64,000 nucleotides of DNA. It comes from the human T2T-CHM13v2.0 reference genome, Homo sapiens. A program made the position numbers and the translations under genes. The first letter of the stretch is position 1; the number at the start of each line of letters is the position of its first letter. The DNA is taken from assembly GCF_009914755.1 (NCBI RefSeq), contig NC_060936.1; one strand, 5' to 3'. The notes beneath the pieces are model-generated. The model was given only the letters and a program-made list of their open reading frames with translations. It ran no database searches and was not told the DNA's origin. Positions 60,067 to 64,000 of the stretch are shown here, piece by piece.

Positions 60067-61107
60067 CCCATGTCTCTTTTAATAGCCATCATATCTTTGT
60101 CAGAAAGTCACCCTTGGACTTCCACTCATGCCCCATTGGCTGGATCAGCTTCACACCCTCACTCCTGACAAGGGAAATTAGACCATGACCCCTGCCTTAG
60201 ATTAATCCAGCCAGATTGACCCACCTAGCCGAGGATAGAGTCACCCCTTCCCTGAGTCAGACAGGGGCTAAGAGGTGGGGGTATAAACCTGAACAAAATC
60301 ATTCTACCAGTTAGAGAGAGGTGAAAGAGACTGTTGATAGCAGCTCTGGAGTATCTGCTGTATTCCTTTTTTTTCATGATCTAACAGATAGCTTTCAATC
60401 TACTTGGATAAGTTTTCTGTTATGCAAATCTTCTATGAGTTTTCTTTTGACACGCTTTCTGTATGAACATTATGCTCCATAATAATGAGACATCATGAAG
60501 ATGACAGGGTTCAGAGGAATATCAACCATAAATAACCCCATTCCTAGAGCAGGATGTAACATCTTATAGTAAATTTCAATTGTTTACTTTAAAAAATGTT
60601 TTTCCCTCTTAAATTTATTGTGGTAAGAGCCCAATATCACTAAACATCAAGTATTTTCAATTTGTGCCTCGCTAGTAGTACTTCAACCCATCTCCTTAAT
60701 ACACAGAAATGTAATGTATTAAAAAACTGCTACATTTATTATATCCTGTCAATTTAACACAGTAGTATTTCAATTTTCATTTAAGTATAGTTAAGGTTTA
60801 GAGTCCACATAAAAATACTTATCCCTGAAATGTTACTACACTGACAGCAAAGCAAAGTGAAAGCTGGAAGCAGCTATTTCAGCTTCCTATAGTGAAATAA
60901 CAGATGATTAGCAACTTGACTGCACCTTGGTAGCACTTCTTTTACTGATAATGTTTAAGTTGCCTCCCGCAAGAGTGTAATAATCATTATGAGAGGCCAT
61001 CTGCCTAGTACCAAGGTAATCATTCACAAAGTTCTTCCAGCATGTCACTGTTTGCATGCCCAAGGATAAAGAGACATCTGTCCTTCTGGTAAAAGAGGAA
61101 ATAAACT

Positions 61108-61432
<325 letters not shown>

Positions 61433-64000
61433 AGGAAAGAAACTGCAGGACTTAAATCTTTTCTTCATAGCCATGTGTTACGTGTCTTTTGATGTAATTC
61501 AGGTCAAAGTTTTCAGGAAGTAATTAATTCAGAAACCAGGAATGTTACCTGCCCAGTTGCCCAGCAGAGCCCATTGCTAAGCTTTAATTAACTGAAGATA
61601 AACTATGTAGCAGATAAGATCACTAAAGACCAGTACTTGCCTCTGGGCTGGTTTCAGGTGGGGGGGCCCATATCAGATATGACTACTCTCAGGTAGGTAG
61701 CAAAACAGGATCACCCTCACAGAAATCCTAGAGCAGAGACTTTTCCAGTGTTAAAAGCTGGACCCACTGCATCTCAACTGCTCTGCACTTGACACTTAAG
61801 AAAGATGGATACGAAGGCAATATGTAATCTAAACCATGACATGATTGCCAGCAAGAAGTTGCAAAGTGAAGTAGAAGGTGAAGCTAAGGTGGCCTAAGTT
61901 TTGGCTAGGTGGAGAAAGGGCATTGGCATGTAGCACTTTAAACTAAAGTATCTAATAAATAAATAAATAAATATATATATATATATATTTATGTGTGTAT
62001 ATATACATATACATAAAAGGTTGTGTGGTGTAGTTCATGAGACAAATGAACAGAATTCTAGGCAGCTCAAGTGAACGCTTTGTGGGAACTCATGTTGACA
62101 GTTTAAGATGCATATGTTTTCTGGTCACACAAACATATAGCATTTCTATCTGACTTGAGAAGATTCTGTAGTGTGGGGAGTTCTGTGGACCCATGAACAT
62201 GTTCTATCACACTTCTAACCAGCTCAAACTGCCTGGTTGGATTGCTTAGTTGGCTGGGGGCGGATTCATCTTCAGGCAGAAGGCACTGCACTCCATCTGA
62301 GCACCACAGGAGAGGCTTGGCAAAGATCTGCAGAAGTGTGGGCAGAAAACCACGGCCATTGGCACCCTCTGACTTCTTTTTATCACACCTCAGGAGACCT
62401 CAGAATAGACATATACTTAATTTAAAAACTGTTGGGAATCATTTCATGGAATAACATGTATTTTTGAGGATTCTAAGAAATAGATGTCCAAAAATAGTAT
62501 AGGTATTGTCAGAGATTTAAATGTCTATATAACTACTAAAAGCATAACTCAACCACATTACGCCAATGGTTTTTTTTTTTTTCTTTTTTTGCAAATAGTC
62601 TTCTTTTTAGTTTAAGAGAAGGCAACACTTGAATGCTCTCAACTCTGGCTCAACAACTGGGTAACTGAACATGACTTACCCTAACAGTGTTGCATGGAAA
62701 CCTATCATACAAAATATAAAATTATAGAGTCAGATACTTCCAAGAAGAATTTCTCATGAATTTTGGAGATCATGGAGAGAAAGCTAGCCAGATGTTTTAA
62801 AGGATTGGAAACCATGACATACGAGGAAAGTTAAAAGAAAGATATGGTATATTTAACTTAAGGAGAAAAAACTTGCCAGTTGCAAGGCTCTGGAAACTTC
62901 CCTAATTCCTAATAGAGTGGGGCTTCTCCTAGGATCTCAATGCACATGGTATGTCCTCCCTGTGATAAAGGCACAACATAACAAAGAATATGTTAGGGGA
63001 AATCTTGTTCCATCATTATCACAATTAGTGCATCCATGCATATTATAAAAAGCTGGTCCTTCCTTAAAACACTGCCATTTGCCAGGGAATTTAATAATAA
63101 ATATTTAAATCTTGGATGAATACAAAATGAACGACTCCTCTAAAGTGTGGATTAAATAATATTACTTGGTATCCTTGAGAATTTTCAGAGTTATTACTAA
63201 TGTAAGTATCCTCTCTCTTTCAATAAGAAGAAAGGTGAATTGTGCAAGTCCACATGATTGGAACTGATAGACATACAAATACTGGGCATGTCCTGGGCAA
63301 AGCATGGGAGAACAAGAAGTTGTAAGAGGAACAGAAGTGGGGAGCACAGAGGTCTCATCACTTCCGTTCTTCTTATAACAACATGGAGGACTGAATAAAT
63401 GTTCCAAAGATACACTAAATCATAACTTCCATCACAAATACCTTCTATATGTTTGGTACCCTCATCTACAGATTACTGGGAGACCACAAAGGGGTAGACA
63501 AAGTCTCTTCTAACCAGAAATTATGAACAGGAGAAAACTGTTGAGCCAAGACTATCGCCAGACTATGTATAGTGGAGTCAAGAACATCAGAGTGCTCCTC
63601 CAGGTGCTAGCTCCAAGTTGAAAGTTAATATTTCTTTGCATAGGGAAAGATATTTTGTTGTACTATGGTAGGCACATTCACATTCACAAATTTTGGGCCA
63701 CATTTACCTTTGTATGTGAAAACTTCAAATGTAATATGTTCATATTATTTAAACAGCAAAGATGCTAAGGAATTATTTGTATACCTCAGGGAAAGGTCAA
63801 TGCAAAATTCTGCTGTAAATGTAAAAAGCATTCAAATAGAAATGATCTAAGCCCCAAGGTCATAAAAGTAGTAACTGCTACATTTTTGAAGGAGTCAGTG
63901 TTTGTTAGACAAAATTAAGACATCTCAGGCTGAAAATAGTGCGGGAAATATACCCATCAAATTCAGCTTTTTTTCCTCTTGCTGCCACATTAGAGGATAA

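Overview
Primate (almost certainly human) genomic DNA lying entirely inside LIN7A, which runs on the minus strand. Three coding exons are present with canonical splice sites: 41074-41145 (end of L27/linker), 38553-38762 (N-half of PDZ) and 4292-4510 (C-half of PDZ, polyQ tail, stop). The rest is intron. It holds the MIR617 hairpin (25369-25465), a decayed TRIM60/TRIM75-type RING-Bbox-CC-SPRY pseudogene (~53066-54393), about 18 Alus, L1/L2/MIR relics, DNA-transposon fossils and a four-level L1>MER52>THE1>Alu nest. The most interesting points are: (1) the miR-617 hairpin is visibly built from an inverted plus a direct copy of an L2-derived donor 1 kb away; (2) the short intron between the 72-nt and 210-nt exons carries two perfect GTAAGT donors defining candidate 12-nt (WELM) and 6-nt (Cys-stop) microexons, next to a triple UGCAUG cluster; (3) a possible very old non-L1 LINE reverse-transcriptase fossil lies at ~49150-50400. 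Repeat subfamily calls are from memory of consensus sequences and their boundaries are approximate. Most ORFs in the supplied track are Alu/LTR artefacts.
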